Positions 50,901-63,900 of a stretch of 64,000 bases of DNA are shown in pieces. The notes beneath the pieces are model-generated. The model had not been told where the DNA came from and ran no database searches. It saw nothing but the letters and a program-made list of their open reading frames with translations. The DNA lies in contig OX597823.1 of assembly GCA_951406725.2 (NCBI GenBank), positions 80,228,001-80,292,000 of the forward strand, read 5' to 3'. This DNA is from Octopus vulgaris. Taxonomy: Eukaryota. The stretch's first letter is position 1. Each line of letters opens with the position of its first letter. Position numbers and translations under genes: made by a program.

Positions 50901-52463
50901 ATCCTGCAGTATCTAGGCCATGTTTTATGATTTCAAAATATGATCCTTTCATTGTCATTCATGACTTCTTCAATGACATGCTCTTTCTACACCAGGTCTG
51001 TTACTCTCCTAGTAGTGATTAAAAACTTATGTAAGACCTTCCTGATTGATAGACTGACCAAATGATTGATTAAATAACTGATTAGTTAAATGGTTGACTA
51101 GTTGACTAATAATAAAAGATGTGGAGGCATGTGGCTTAGTGGTCAGAGTATCAGCATCTTGATCGTAAGATTGTGGTTTCGATTCCTGGACCGGGCCATG
51201 CGTTGTGTTCTTGAGCAAAACACTTCATTTCACGTTTCTCTGGTTCACTCAGCTGGCAAAAATTAGTAACGCTCCGATGGACTGGCATCCCATCCAGCTG
51301 GGGAACACAAATGCCATTGAAACTTGGAAACCGGGCCCATAAACCTGGCTAGGCTTTAAAAAAAGGGCGCATATATTTTGTGGAGGTGCAATGGCCCAGT
51401 GGTTAGGGCAGCAGACTAGCAGTCGGAGGATCGCAGTTTCAATTCCTAGATTGGGCGTTGTGTGTTTATTGAGTGAAAACACCTAAAGCTCCATGAGGCT
51501 CCAGGAGGGGATGGTGGCAACCTCTGTTGTACTCTTTCACCTCAACTTTCTCTCACTCTTTCTTCCTGCTTCTTGAGTAATGCTGTGATGGACTGGCATC
51601 CCGTCCAGCTGGGGGGAACACATACGCCACAGAAACCGGGAAACCGGGCCCATGAGCCTGGCTAGGCTTGAAAGGGCGAAAAAAAAAATAATAATAATAA
51701 AAGAAGTGAAATAGAACCAATGATCCCTTCAGGATACAACATAATCAGTTTCAACACATTGGTCTACATCAAGAACTTTGCAAACCAAATACAAAAAAGA
51801 GAAATAGAAATACATTAAGATACCATTAATACTTAGGCTGATACTCTAAAATATCTACCAAAATAAAAAACAAAGAGAAGTGCATGTGTTACAATCTGCT
51901 TTTGCCTGTTTCCATTAGTTTTAAACAACAGCATGAAACCTACCATATGTTGTTGTCTGCATAGTTGGGCTCACCCCAGTTGTTCTACTGACAGTTGGTG
52001 TGGTACGAGGTGACATAGAATAAATCGCAGTTGAAGTAGTGGCGGTGGAGAAAACAGATGGCGATGTGAAGAATGTTGATATCGGAGTAGTTGGTGCCAT
52101 AGTTGTAACAGTGGTGGTTGCATTCGGGCAATATGGACAGCATTTTGCTGGATCTGTTATCCAAGTGGAATTGTCACAGGAAGGAGTCTCACAAGTTATT
52201 TCTTTCATCGACAATGAGCGTCCAGGAAGACATTCGATTGTTTTACATGGCCCGTCATTCCAGACTTCACCAATCTGAAAGGGAAAAACATTTGTGTCTG
52301 CAAATATATTTGGGAATGTTACATGAAATTAAAAGAAAGAAATAATTTTTGTGTATGTGCAGGAAGGGTGACATTGCCTCCCACTTAAAGGGTTTTGCCC
52401 ATGCATCTTTAGTTTAAAAAAAAAGAATAAAGTTGATACTTTTTTAATGCACTTTGTATATAT

Positions 52464-52498
<35 letters not shown>

Positions 52499-55400
52499 CG
52501 AAGTCATTGCCAGTACCACCTGACTGGCCCCCGTGCTGGTGGCACATAAAAAGCACCCACTACACTCCCGGAGGGGTTGGCGTTAGGAAGGGCATCCAAC
52601 TGTAGAAACTCTGCCAGATCAAGATTGGAGCCTGGTGCAGCCATCTGGTTCGCCGGCCCTCAGTCAAAATCGTCCAACCCATGCTGGCATGGAAAGTGGA
52701 CGTTAAACAATGATGATGATGATGATGCCAAGGAAGGCATGGAGCTGACAGAATCATTTGCACACCGGACAAAATGCTTAGCAGCATTTCGTCTGTCTAT
52801 ACATTCCACATTCAAATTCTACCAAGGTCGACTTTGCTTTTCATCCTTTTGGGGTCAATAAAATAGGTACCAGTTGAGGACTGGGGTCTATATAATTGAC
52901 TATCCTCCTCCCTGACATTGCTGGCCTTGTGCCAAAACTTGAAAACAATATTGTGTTAACCAAGGAAGGTGACTAGCTGACAAAATTGTTTGCACACCAG
53001 GCAAACTGCTTAGCAGCATTCTGTTCAGCTTTATGTTCTGAATTCAAATTCTACTTTGGTCAAATTACCCTTTTATCCTTTCCGGGTCAACAAAATAATA
53101 GCAGTTGAAAACTGAGGGTCAATGTAACCAACTTACCCCCTCCCTTGGAATAGCTGATCTTGTGCCAAAACTTGAAGCCAATATTGTTACCGAGGCCAAC
53201 TCTGCCTTTCATACATTTGAGGGTCAATGAAATAAGTACCAGTTGAGTACTGGGGTCGATCTAATCAACCAGCCCCTTTGCCCAAAATGTCAGGCCTTGC
53301 GCCTATAGTAGTAAGGGACATTATGTTGCATACCCCTAAAGCTGCTGATAAGACTGCATAAGTAGCCCTTAAAATGTTCATCATCTTTCTATATATAAAC
53401 GGAAAAATGTCTGTGTGTGTGTGTGTGTGTATCCTTTATACAAATCCACAATTTTTCAGTTAGAGGGCTCACACTTTCTAAGGTCATTCAAAACCGTCCA
53501 AAGGTGGTCGTGCACCTCTTTACATTTCCCCAGTCACCCGGCAAAGCCATTAAAAAGATCAATAGAAGTGACTTTTTGTGAATTTTCTATCCAAAATCCA
53601 ATCAAAATGCCCGAAACTTGATACGCCAGTTGAATGCCAGCTAGCTGTATGTGATTGGTCGGAGATTTGGACAATACTCGCGTGTATGTGCGCACGCACA
53701 CAGCTCTATATGCATGCACTAGCACTATGACCCGGCGTTGCTGGGTCATAGTGCTAGTTTTATATAAAAATGAAATAAAATGCATTTGTAACATTGCTCT
53801 GAAGCAATTTGGGATTATAATCTGAAGAGGAAACATAGTATGATGGTGTGGTTAAGAAGTTTGCTTCCCAAAAGGTGTTGGTGTGTTTGCATCCCTGTAA
53901 CTTAGCAGTCAGCAAAAAAAGGCCAGTAAAATAACTAACAGGATTTACAGAAAAATAAGTACTAGGGTCAATTCATTTGACTGAATTTGAAATTCTTCAA
54001 GGGGGTGCTCCAGCATGGCCGCTGTCTAATGGTTTAAACAAGAAAAAGAAAAAGATGTTTGACAAATAATCACGAACCTCATAGAAATTGCCTGATCTCT
54101 TGGGGTATTCACATTTATTAGCTGGTATACATCGGCAACATATATCATCATTCAGATCTTCATTCTCTAATATATAGTCCTGTGAAAATATTCAAAAAGG
54201 AAACACTTGTTAGAATAATGGTGAAGAGAAAGGGAGGAGGAAGAGGAGGAGGGCTTCTAAGACAGGCACGAGGCCAGAAATTTGAAATGCAAATAAATAC
54301 ATACACTCATACACACACACATGTACACTACTGGACACTCAAACTGATATAAGCATATATATATATATATACACATTCATATATACACGAGGAAGAGCTG
54401 AAAAGTTCCTGGTTTTGGGTAAAAGAAAATAAAGGAAGATCAATTAATTACGATTTTATTCAAAATGATCCCCTTTCAGATTTACACACTTATTGTAAAG
54501 GTCTATCAGTTTTCCTAAGCCCTGTAAAAGAACTCAGTGGGTTGGGCCTCCAACCAGGCCTTTTGTGATACCTTTAACCCTTTCGTTACTGTTTTTATTT
54601 TGAGATGCTCTGTGTTTCTTTCAATTACTTTAAATATAACAAAGAATTTAGTAATATAACATAGTTATCATTAAGCTGGTTTAGGAACATAAATTGTGAC
54701 TAAGGTTTGGTGGAAGATTTTAATTAAAACTTTAAGAAAACAAGACATTTGTACAACAGACCCAGAGCCGGTTTCAGCCGGGTTGGTAACGAAAGGGTTA
54801 AAGCCAGGAACTTTTCAGCACCCCTGCCCTTTGTAAACATATAGATATACATGAATATTGAGTCTACAGAAATGCAATTGTATATTCCTATTTTCCTACA
54901 CACACATATGATGTTGTCCGCCACCCAGAGCTCTTCTTGAAGAGCAACAGTGAATGTAGCTGTACAAGAGGCTAGTGATTTCTAACTTTTCCTCCTACAT
55001 TCCACCTTCTGTATGATAGAAAGAAAGAAACACATACATGCACACACACACACATAACAGGCATGATACTGTTCTGTGGGACATGCACTATTGTAGAGAT
55101 CAGCTGCTCAGCAGATGTAAATGTCCAATCAAAAGTCCAGGAAAAAGAGAACATTAATGGTAAATTAATGCAGAACTTACAACTCTTGTACCCTGAATAT
55201 GAATTCTCATTTGTATTTATCTTCATCGGTACATTAGGCTATGAACCCACAAATTTATGCAAAAGCCTAGAAATGCTAGGCTTTCCAAAGAAAGAGCAAA
55301 AGAAACTGACATGGTTCTCCAAATCCAATCCAATTGTGGCACAATGAAGATGTGTAAGACATTCCAAAAATTCTCCCTATGAGATTCTTCAGGTAAATAG

Positions 55401-58400
55401 ATGCACCCACTTGGGTGTATGCATCAACGGTTCAACCAACACACTAGCTCAACTGCACATTTATAAGCACTGAGAACTCTCTTAACCCATTTGTTACCGT
55501 ATTTATTTTGAGATGCTTTGTGATTCTTTCAATTATTTTAGATGTAACAGAGAATTTAGTAAAATAACTTGGTTATCATTAAGCTCGTGTTAAGAACATA
55601 AATAGTGACTAAGGTTTGGTGGAAGATTTTAATTCAAAATTTACGAAAACAAGACATTTGTACTACAGAGCCAGTGCCGGTTTCAGCCAGGGTTAACTCA
55701 AAAAGTTCTTTCATTTTGTTAGTGACCAGCCAGAACTCTCTCAAGAACTTAAATAAAACTAAAAGAAAAAATCATACAAGCTTGCATGCACGTGTGTTAT
55801 ACTACATCTCTCTCTTGTATAGTGGTGTGTAAGTGCATTAGATAACAGAAAATCATACATTACCCCTGAACACTTGATATCACAAACTTCTCCACATTTA
55901 AGAACATCATCTACACATTTACATAAGGTACAGAGAGTGGGTTTAACTGGATCTGTCACTGGTTTTCCATCAATTGTGCAGTTGCATGTTGAGACACATT
56001 TCCCATCTTGGAATAAAGTATGATCAGGACAAGCACATCCAGGAAAACAAGTCTCAACGTTACAAGAATGGTTATGAGAAATACATGTTCGATTACATGC
56101 ACATTTCTTCCAAATGAATGGTTCTGGGCATGCTGAAATACAGAACAGAATAAAATATGGATTATTTTTAATGCAGGTTTTTTTTCATTTACTGTTGCTT
56201 TTTTCTTATTTGTTAGAAAATTTTAATTCAGTTATTAAGAGTTGATTATCATAGTATTACTGTGAAGGGTTGTATGGTCAAGAATTTGCTTCTTAACTAT
56301 GTGATCTTGGGTTCAGTCCCACTGCACAGCACTCTAGGCAAGTGTGTTTAGTATAGCCTCAGGCCAACCAAAGCTTTGTTAGTGGATTTGGTAGATGGAA
56401 ACTGAAAGAAGCTTGTCATAAATAACTGAATATATATATATCATCATCATCATTTAATGTCTGTTGTCTATGCTGGCATGGATTGAATGATTTCACCAGG
56501 GCTGATAAGCTGAGGGGCCGCATCAGACTCCAGTCTAATTTGGTATGATTTCTATGGCTGGATGCCTTTCCTAACGCCAACCACCCAAGACTGTAATGGG
56601 TGCTTTTACATGCCATTGGCACAGGTGCCCGTTGTGTGACACCAGTATCTGCCACAATGGCTTGATGGGTTTTCTTATCAAGCACAGCATATTGCCAAAG
56701 GTCTCAGTCATTTGTCGTTGCCTCCTTGTGGCCCAATGCTCAAAAGGTACTTTTTATGTGCCCCCACACACATACACACCTGTGTGTGTGTTTTTGTGTC
56801 TATGTTTGTCCCCTCACTACTGCTTAACAACCAGTGTTGTTTTGTTTATGTTACACAGCTTGATGGTTTGGCAAAAGAGATTGATAAAATGAGTATCAGG
56901 CTTAAAAAATAAGGGATCAGTTGTTTGACTAAACTGTTCAAAATGATGACCCAGCATGCCTACAGTCCACTGAAACAAGGGAAATGTATTTGCTTAAAGC
57001 AAATGATAATTTTAGCTCAGGGGTATCGCATATTTCCACTCTTCATACAAGTGGCATAACTCATAAGGCAGCGAGCTGGCAGAAACGTTAGCGTGCCGGG
57101 AGAAATGCTTAGCAGTATTTCACCTGCCGTTATGTTCTGAGTTCAAATTCTGCCGAGGTCGACTTTGCCTTTCATCCTTTCGGGGTCGATAAATTAAGTA
57201 CCAGTTACGCACTGGGGTCGATGTAATCGACTTAATCCATTTGTCTGTCCTTGCTTGTGCTCCCTTGTGGGTAGTAAAGAAGTAGGTATAACTCATTCAA
57301 AAAGGAAGGGGATTAGTTTTTGTTCTTTTTTTTTGTTTGTTTTCTTGTAAATGTTTATATCCTAAAATACATACTTGTATTGCAGTCCTCATTAACCCAT
57401 TTATGGATGCCTTCACTTGTGCAAGTACCCAGAATTATATCACAGTCGTCCTTTGTTTCAACTACAAAAATTTCATTGGGCTAAAATGTAAAAGAGGAAA
57501 AGCAATATCCATTAGAAATACATATATAATAAACTTTGTAAACAATTGAAGCATGGAAGGTGTTTATAAGCCATTTAAAATACACAAGGAATTTTGTCAA
57601 AGTGACGAAAATATTTTGGCAAATTAAATTTAAATGTTGAAGTCAATCTAATGGTTTTTGTGTGTTTTAAATGGCTTATAAACACCTTCCACGCTACAAT
57701 TGTTTTTGTTCCAGCACACAATCTCAGATCAGGTCACTTGCTATGCAAGTACATCTCCGTAAAAAACTTTGTAAATATATTTCAAATCCATAAAAATAAT
57801 AATTGTTGTTTGTTGTTTTTTTTTTACTTTTGAGGTGGAGGTAGTTTTGATTTTTTCTTTTCTACATTGGTGTGCAGGGAAGTACTTGTAAGGGATGTGT
57901 TAAAAGTCAGTTACAGCTAACAATATTAATCATTTTGTATTTAATCCCATAGCATTCAGATTACTCTGTCAAATGTAACGTTTATTCAGTCACACTGTTT
58001 TGAATTAAACACGAATTATCTGATAGCTTCAGGGTTTTGATGATGCGGTAGTTTAGTTTTAGAAGGACAAAGCAAAGTGAGTGTGAGAAGCCAGATCTGG
58101 TCAGTTTACTCTCTTTTACTCTTTTACTTGTTTCAGTCATTTGACTGCATCCATGCTGGAGCACCGCCTTTAGCAAATCGACCCCAGGACTTATTCTTTG
58201 TAAGCCTAGTACTTATTCTATCGGTCTCTTTTGCCGAACCACTAAGTTACGGGGACGTAAACACACCAGCATCGGTTGTCAAGCAATGTTGGGGGTGCAA
58301 ACACAGACACACAAACACACACACACGTATATATATACATATATATGATGGGCTTCTTTTCAGTTTCCATCTACCAAATCCACTCACAAGGCTTTGGTCG

Positions 58401-60884
58401 GCCCGAGGCTATAATAGAAGACACTTGCCCAAGGTGTCACACAGTGGGACTTGAACCCGGAACCATGTGGTTGGTAAACAAGCTACTTACCACACAGCCA
58501 CTCCTGTGCCTATATTCTTGAACATAAAGAATGCAGAATATTTTGGCCATATATGGACAGTTTAAATACTGAAGAGTTAATCAAGGGCAAATGGCAAAGA
58601 TGCATTTAGATTGTAGAAAGATTAAATGTTGTATTATGCCATTCTATGTTTGTATATAGATCTTATGTTATGCTTTGGTCAAAAGCCTACATGTATGCCC
58701 CATGTGCAGCAGAACCTGTTGTTCAAGGACTGGTTTCCATATCAACTTAAGGGCTTGCCACTCTTCTTCCTGGTCATTGGACATGAAGAATTATCACCAC
58801 CATCATCATCAGCAGCAGCAGCCGTTCAAGAACTTGGACCTGGAGATCTCCATTTCCAGTGACTTCAAGAGCCACCTCCCAGTGACGTCGGGCGTCAACA
58901 AAGAGCCCTCGACTACAACGAGATGACCAAAGTCTGCAAGTTAGGAAGAGCTCACTATTCTAAGCTATAATCATTCTGTAGAATTTTAAAGGATAGTTTT
59001 TATCTAGCTTATGATGGAGTGTTCAACACTTCTTGAAGATTCTATTAGAAAAGTATTTTAGTTCATTTATTTCTTCTAAATAACCCACAAACAGAGGTAT
59101 CTCAGATCCTGAAACGTCAAATTTATTGATTCAGAATCAGAGAATGGTCAGATCCACCAATGAAATAAAGAAAGATAGAAAGAAGGACAGATCAATCAAC
59201 ATACGAAAATACAGTCAGGATATTTATTGGGTTGTCCGGAAAGTTCATGCCGATTTATAGTAGCTTACCTTTCGACTTATTTTACAACATGGTTGAGTCC
59301 ATAAAATAGGATTTGACTACACCTCCATTTAGAGCACAGTTTAAGCTATCTTTTCGTGGAATAAGGTTTATGTTCCTATAACCTGTGTTAATTCTGTAAC
59401 CCTTTAAAATGGAAGATAAGAAAGTTCATTTTTGGCACTTGATGCTTTGGGAACCAGACAAAAATTGCTGCAGCTCAGCTGGGATGTGTTACCCCACCCT
59501 CCATATTCACCAGATATTGCTCCTTCGGATTTCCACTTATTCAGGTCTCTGCAGAATAGTCTTAATGGTAAAAATTTCAATTCCTTGGATGACGTAGAAA
59601 GATACCTTGATGAATTCTTTGCCATGAAACCACCTCAATTCTAGGAAGAGGGTATTTTCAAGTTAAAGGAAAGATGGAGACTCATTGTGCAATAAAATTG
59701 TTCATATTTGGTTGATTAAAAATGTAATGGCAAGTATTTATTGACCTTTTTCTTTCTTTTAAAAATCGGCACAAACTTTCCAGACAACCCAATATATATG
59801 CTTTGATATTTGCTTTTTATTATGTTATTTTTTCATATTTTACTTACTTTGTAAAATTTTCCATTATGGTAACAAGGACAATCAGTTGGTTTGATACATT
59901 CACCTTTCTCTTGAACAAGGTGAGATGGACACATACAGCCTTCTTCACATTCAGTTTCATTAGGATTAGTAAAGTTGTTATAGGCTAATGTCTCACATGT
60001 TTGTAAAATAACACATGTAGTAAATTGCTTTGGTAATGTACAATTATGGGGGGTTGGAGTTGTTGAAAATGGTGTAACTGTCGTTAAAGACACACTAGAT
60101 GTTCTGAAAGAAGTCTCTGTCAAGAAAATAGAAAAGATAAGTCATGAGAAATCAGTAGAACAAAAATGATTTTTTTCTTAAGAGAATTACTTTTTTTATT
60201 ATTTTTGTATAAATGAAATGTAAAAATACAAAAAAAAATATATGGTTAATGATTGTTTCAAGTTTAGGTATAAAACCAGTAATTTTAGGGGAAATGAGTT
60301 GGTTTGGAGGCAGTTAATTAATTACACATGCTAATGAGTCTACTACCTCGTTACCTTAGAATATAGTACAGTCCTTATTTTATAATGATTATAATCATTA
60401 AATTTTTGCGATTAAAATTTATTATTTTGAAATTAATACTCTTTTACTCTTTTACTTGTTTCAGTCATGTGACTGTGGCCATGCTGGAGCAACGCCTTTA
60501 GTCGAGTAAATCTTTGATTTTAGACCTTGCTTCCATACATGAAATTTCTTCTCTAATTCTGGTAGTGATTCGACTATAAGAGCAATGTCATCAGTCTAGA
60601 GGATCTCCCAGGGGCAACCCAGCTTGAAATCCTCTGTTATTGCCTGGAGGACTATGATGAAGAAGACAAGGCCAAGGACTGATCCTTGGTAAACTCCTCC
60701 TTGTACCCTGAATTCATCGCTATATTCATTGCCAACTTCACTTTACTGATAGCATCCCTGTACGTGGTTTGTACAGCTCTAACCAATCATTCATTTATCC
60801 TTAGTTTCCACATTGACCACCAAATAAGGGAATGGGGGGGGGCTGTCAAAAGCTTTCTCTCCATGTCACCCAAAGCCAGGTATA

Positions 60885-60935
<51 letters not shown>

Positions 60936-63900
60936 AGGCACAATAGCCCAGTAGTTAGGGCAGCGGACTCGCAGTTGTAGGATCACGGTTTCGATTCCCA
61001 GACCGGGCACTGTGAGTGTTTATTAAGCGAAAATACCTAAAGCTCCACGAGGCTCTGTACTCTTTTGCCACAATTTTCTCTCACTCTTTCTTCTGTTGGC
61101 CTGCTTGCTTAGCCAGAGGGGTGGCATCATTTGAAGGATAAAACAATGCGAAATGCATTGTGACCAGCGATGTGTAGCAACATCTGATAGCCTGGTCAGT
61201 CACGGTGATCACAGTGATATATATATATATATATATTTGTATGTATCATTCTGTCTGTTTTTGTTCCCTACCACCACCTAACAATTGGTTTTAGTGTGTT
61301 TACATTCCCATAACTTAGCAGTTCAGCAAAAGAGTCCTATATAATAAATACCAGACTTTTAAAAAATAATAAGTACAGGGGTCGATTCATTTGGCTAAAA
61401 ATTCTTCAAGTCAGTATCCCTGCATGGTAGTAGTGTAATGACTGAAACAAGTAATAGATTTTTCCCAAATTACAAGATTCCAGAAAGAAAATAAAAAGGT
61501 ATACACTACCTGGAGAAACGGAAGACATCAGTGAAACAATATTTGTTGTAAAAGGTGTTGTTGTTGTTGCTAGGCCTGATGTTCCGAATGAAGTGGTAAA
61601 CGAAGCTGTGGTCGATTTTGACCAGCTGGTTGCTGTAGTGGACTGACAGTAGCTGGGAGTGTGAACGCAGAGTGTTCCTTCCTTCACAAACCCGGGCAAG
61701 CAAATACAGTCTTCTTCGCACATTGTACGAATGCAGATCTCATCGCATGAAGTTTTATTGCAATGACATCTCAAGGAACAAACTGAAATCATACAAGAAA
61801 CATGTATCATTATCTCATGGTAACCATCACCATCATCATCATTACTACTATCACAATCATCATTAATGTTTTTGTTTTCTTTTTCCCATGATTAGTTGGA
61901 TGAAACTTAATGAAGTAGGGTTCAATAGCTGGATGCCTTTCCTCATCCCAACCCTTAATTGTTTTTCAAGCAGGGCGGTTTTGTTTGTATGTCTGCAAGT
62001 GATTATATCATAACAAGTTCACTCAGCTCAGCTCCACAAGAAGATACAGCTTTGAGAATAGATAATATGATCATATCTTCAGTTGCACAGAGCCAGAAGA
62101 GAAATCATTTAAATGAACTTTGAAAATGGCTTCCAGAGAAGAATATTTTTGAACCTCCATTAATCAGTTGAGGTCATACAGACACTTTAACTAGAGAACA
62201 ATAGAAATTCTGGAGATGTACTTGCATAGCGAGTGACTTGATCTGAGATTGTGTGCTGGAATGAAAACAATTGCAGCATGGAGGGTGTTTATAAGCCATT
62301 TAAGAAACACACAAAAACTGTTAAATTCACTTCAACATTTATATTTAATTTGTCAAAATATTTTCGTCGCTTTGAGACCGTGACCTGTTCACTGACAAAA
62401 CTTCATGCTTTTATTAAATATTCCATATGGTTGAGTAGACAGGATAGTGACTGCAGGCATTTGACATTATGTAATAAATGGCATTTTAGTGACAGCCACT
62501 ATCTCATGGAGATTTACAACTGCACAAGATGTATGTGTTAAGAAGTCCACATCTCTGAAAATTAGATTGATGTCTGAAAAATTAAACTCTCTACTGCACT
62601 CAGCTGAGTGCTGTTTTACAAGTACTTGGTAAACTCACAAGTGTTGGTGCCATTAAAAGAAAGTGCCCAGTACACTCTGGAAAGTGGTTGGCATTAGGAA
62701 GGACATCCCGTTGAACAAACTATGCCAAAGAAAACAATGGGGCCTGGTGCAGCCCTGTGACTTGTCAGTTCCTGTCAAACCTGCCAACCCATGCCAACAG
62801 GGGCAAAGGAATGCTAAACTGATGATGATGAGGGGGGGATGATAAGGAGGGGAGGGGTGCAGGAAGGAGGTGAGGGGGGAGGGGATGGGAGGAGGAGGAG
62901 GAGGGCAATGATTTTCTGAGGGATGAAACATTAGCTATCTCCATCTTCATTACAATGAAACATATCAAACTCTTCCAAAATTCTCCTTTGATCTCATTAT
63001 TTTCCGATGGTCATCACCATCTTCCTTCAATTCCATATTTTACTCCATATTCTTCTGAGCCAACAACTCAAGTTAGACTAAGCAAATCTAATAATTAACC
63101 ATTATTTATAAAAAAACAAAAAAAACCCAAGAAATTCAGGCAAATCATATCTAATGCTTACAATACTTAAAACATTTTAAAGAATTTAATGAATTAAAAA
63201 GGCATAGTATTTATAAAAGAGTTGCGCTTACAAGTGATGGTCGTGGTTGACTGGTATTTGGTGGTTGTGGTCAAAGTTGAAACAGTTCTTGGAGCAGTAG
63301 TTATTCCTGCTGTAGTAGAGGGAGAAACGCTTGATGTTGTAACTGAAGGCACAGCAGTCGTTGTGGCTGGTAGGGAAGCAGTTGTTGGTCCCATAGTTGA
63401 TGGCTTTGGTGTTGTAGCAGCTGAGGTTGCTGGTGATACAGATGTTGTTGTTGTTGCTGATGGTGCAGTAGTTGTTTCCACCGTTACACCAGATGTATAT
63501 TCAGAAAATTCAACTGTAGGTGTACTTGCAGCAGTTGTTGTTGAGGGCACAACTGTGGTTGCTGTGGTCCTAACTGCTGTGGTTGTGGTACCAGTTGTTG
63601 TTGCTGATGTTCCTGTAGAAGATATTGCTGTTGTAGTTGCTGTTGCAGCACTTGTTGTTGCTGATGGTGCAACAGTTGTTGCTGATGGTCCCATAGTGGA
63701 TGTTGCTGGTGGCACAGTTGTTGTTGTCGCTGATGGTCCTAGAGTCGGTGTTGCTGTTGTAGTTGCAGTTGCAGGAGTCAATGTTCCTGAAGGTGCAGCA
63801 GTTGTTGTTGCTGATGTTGCAGCAGTTGTTGTTGTTGCAGTGGTTGTCACTCCTGATGTTCCCATAGTGGATGTTGCTGTTGGTACAGAAGTTATTGTTG

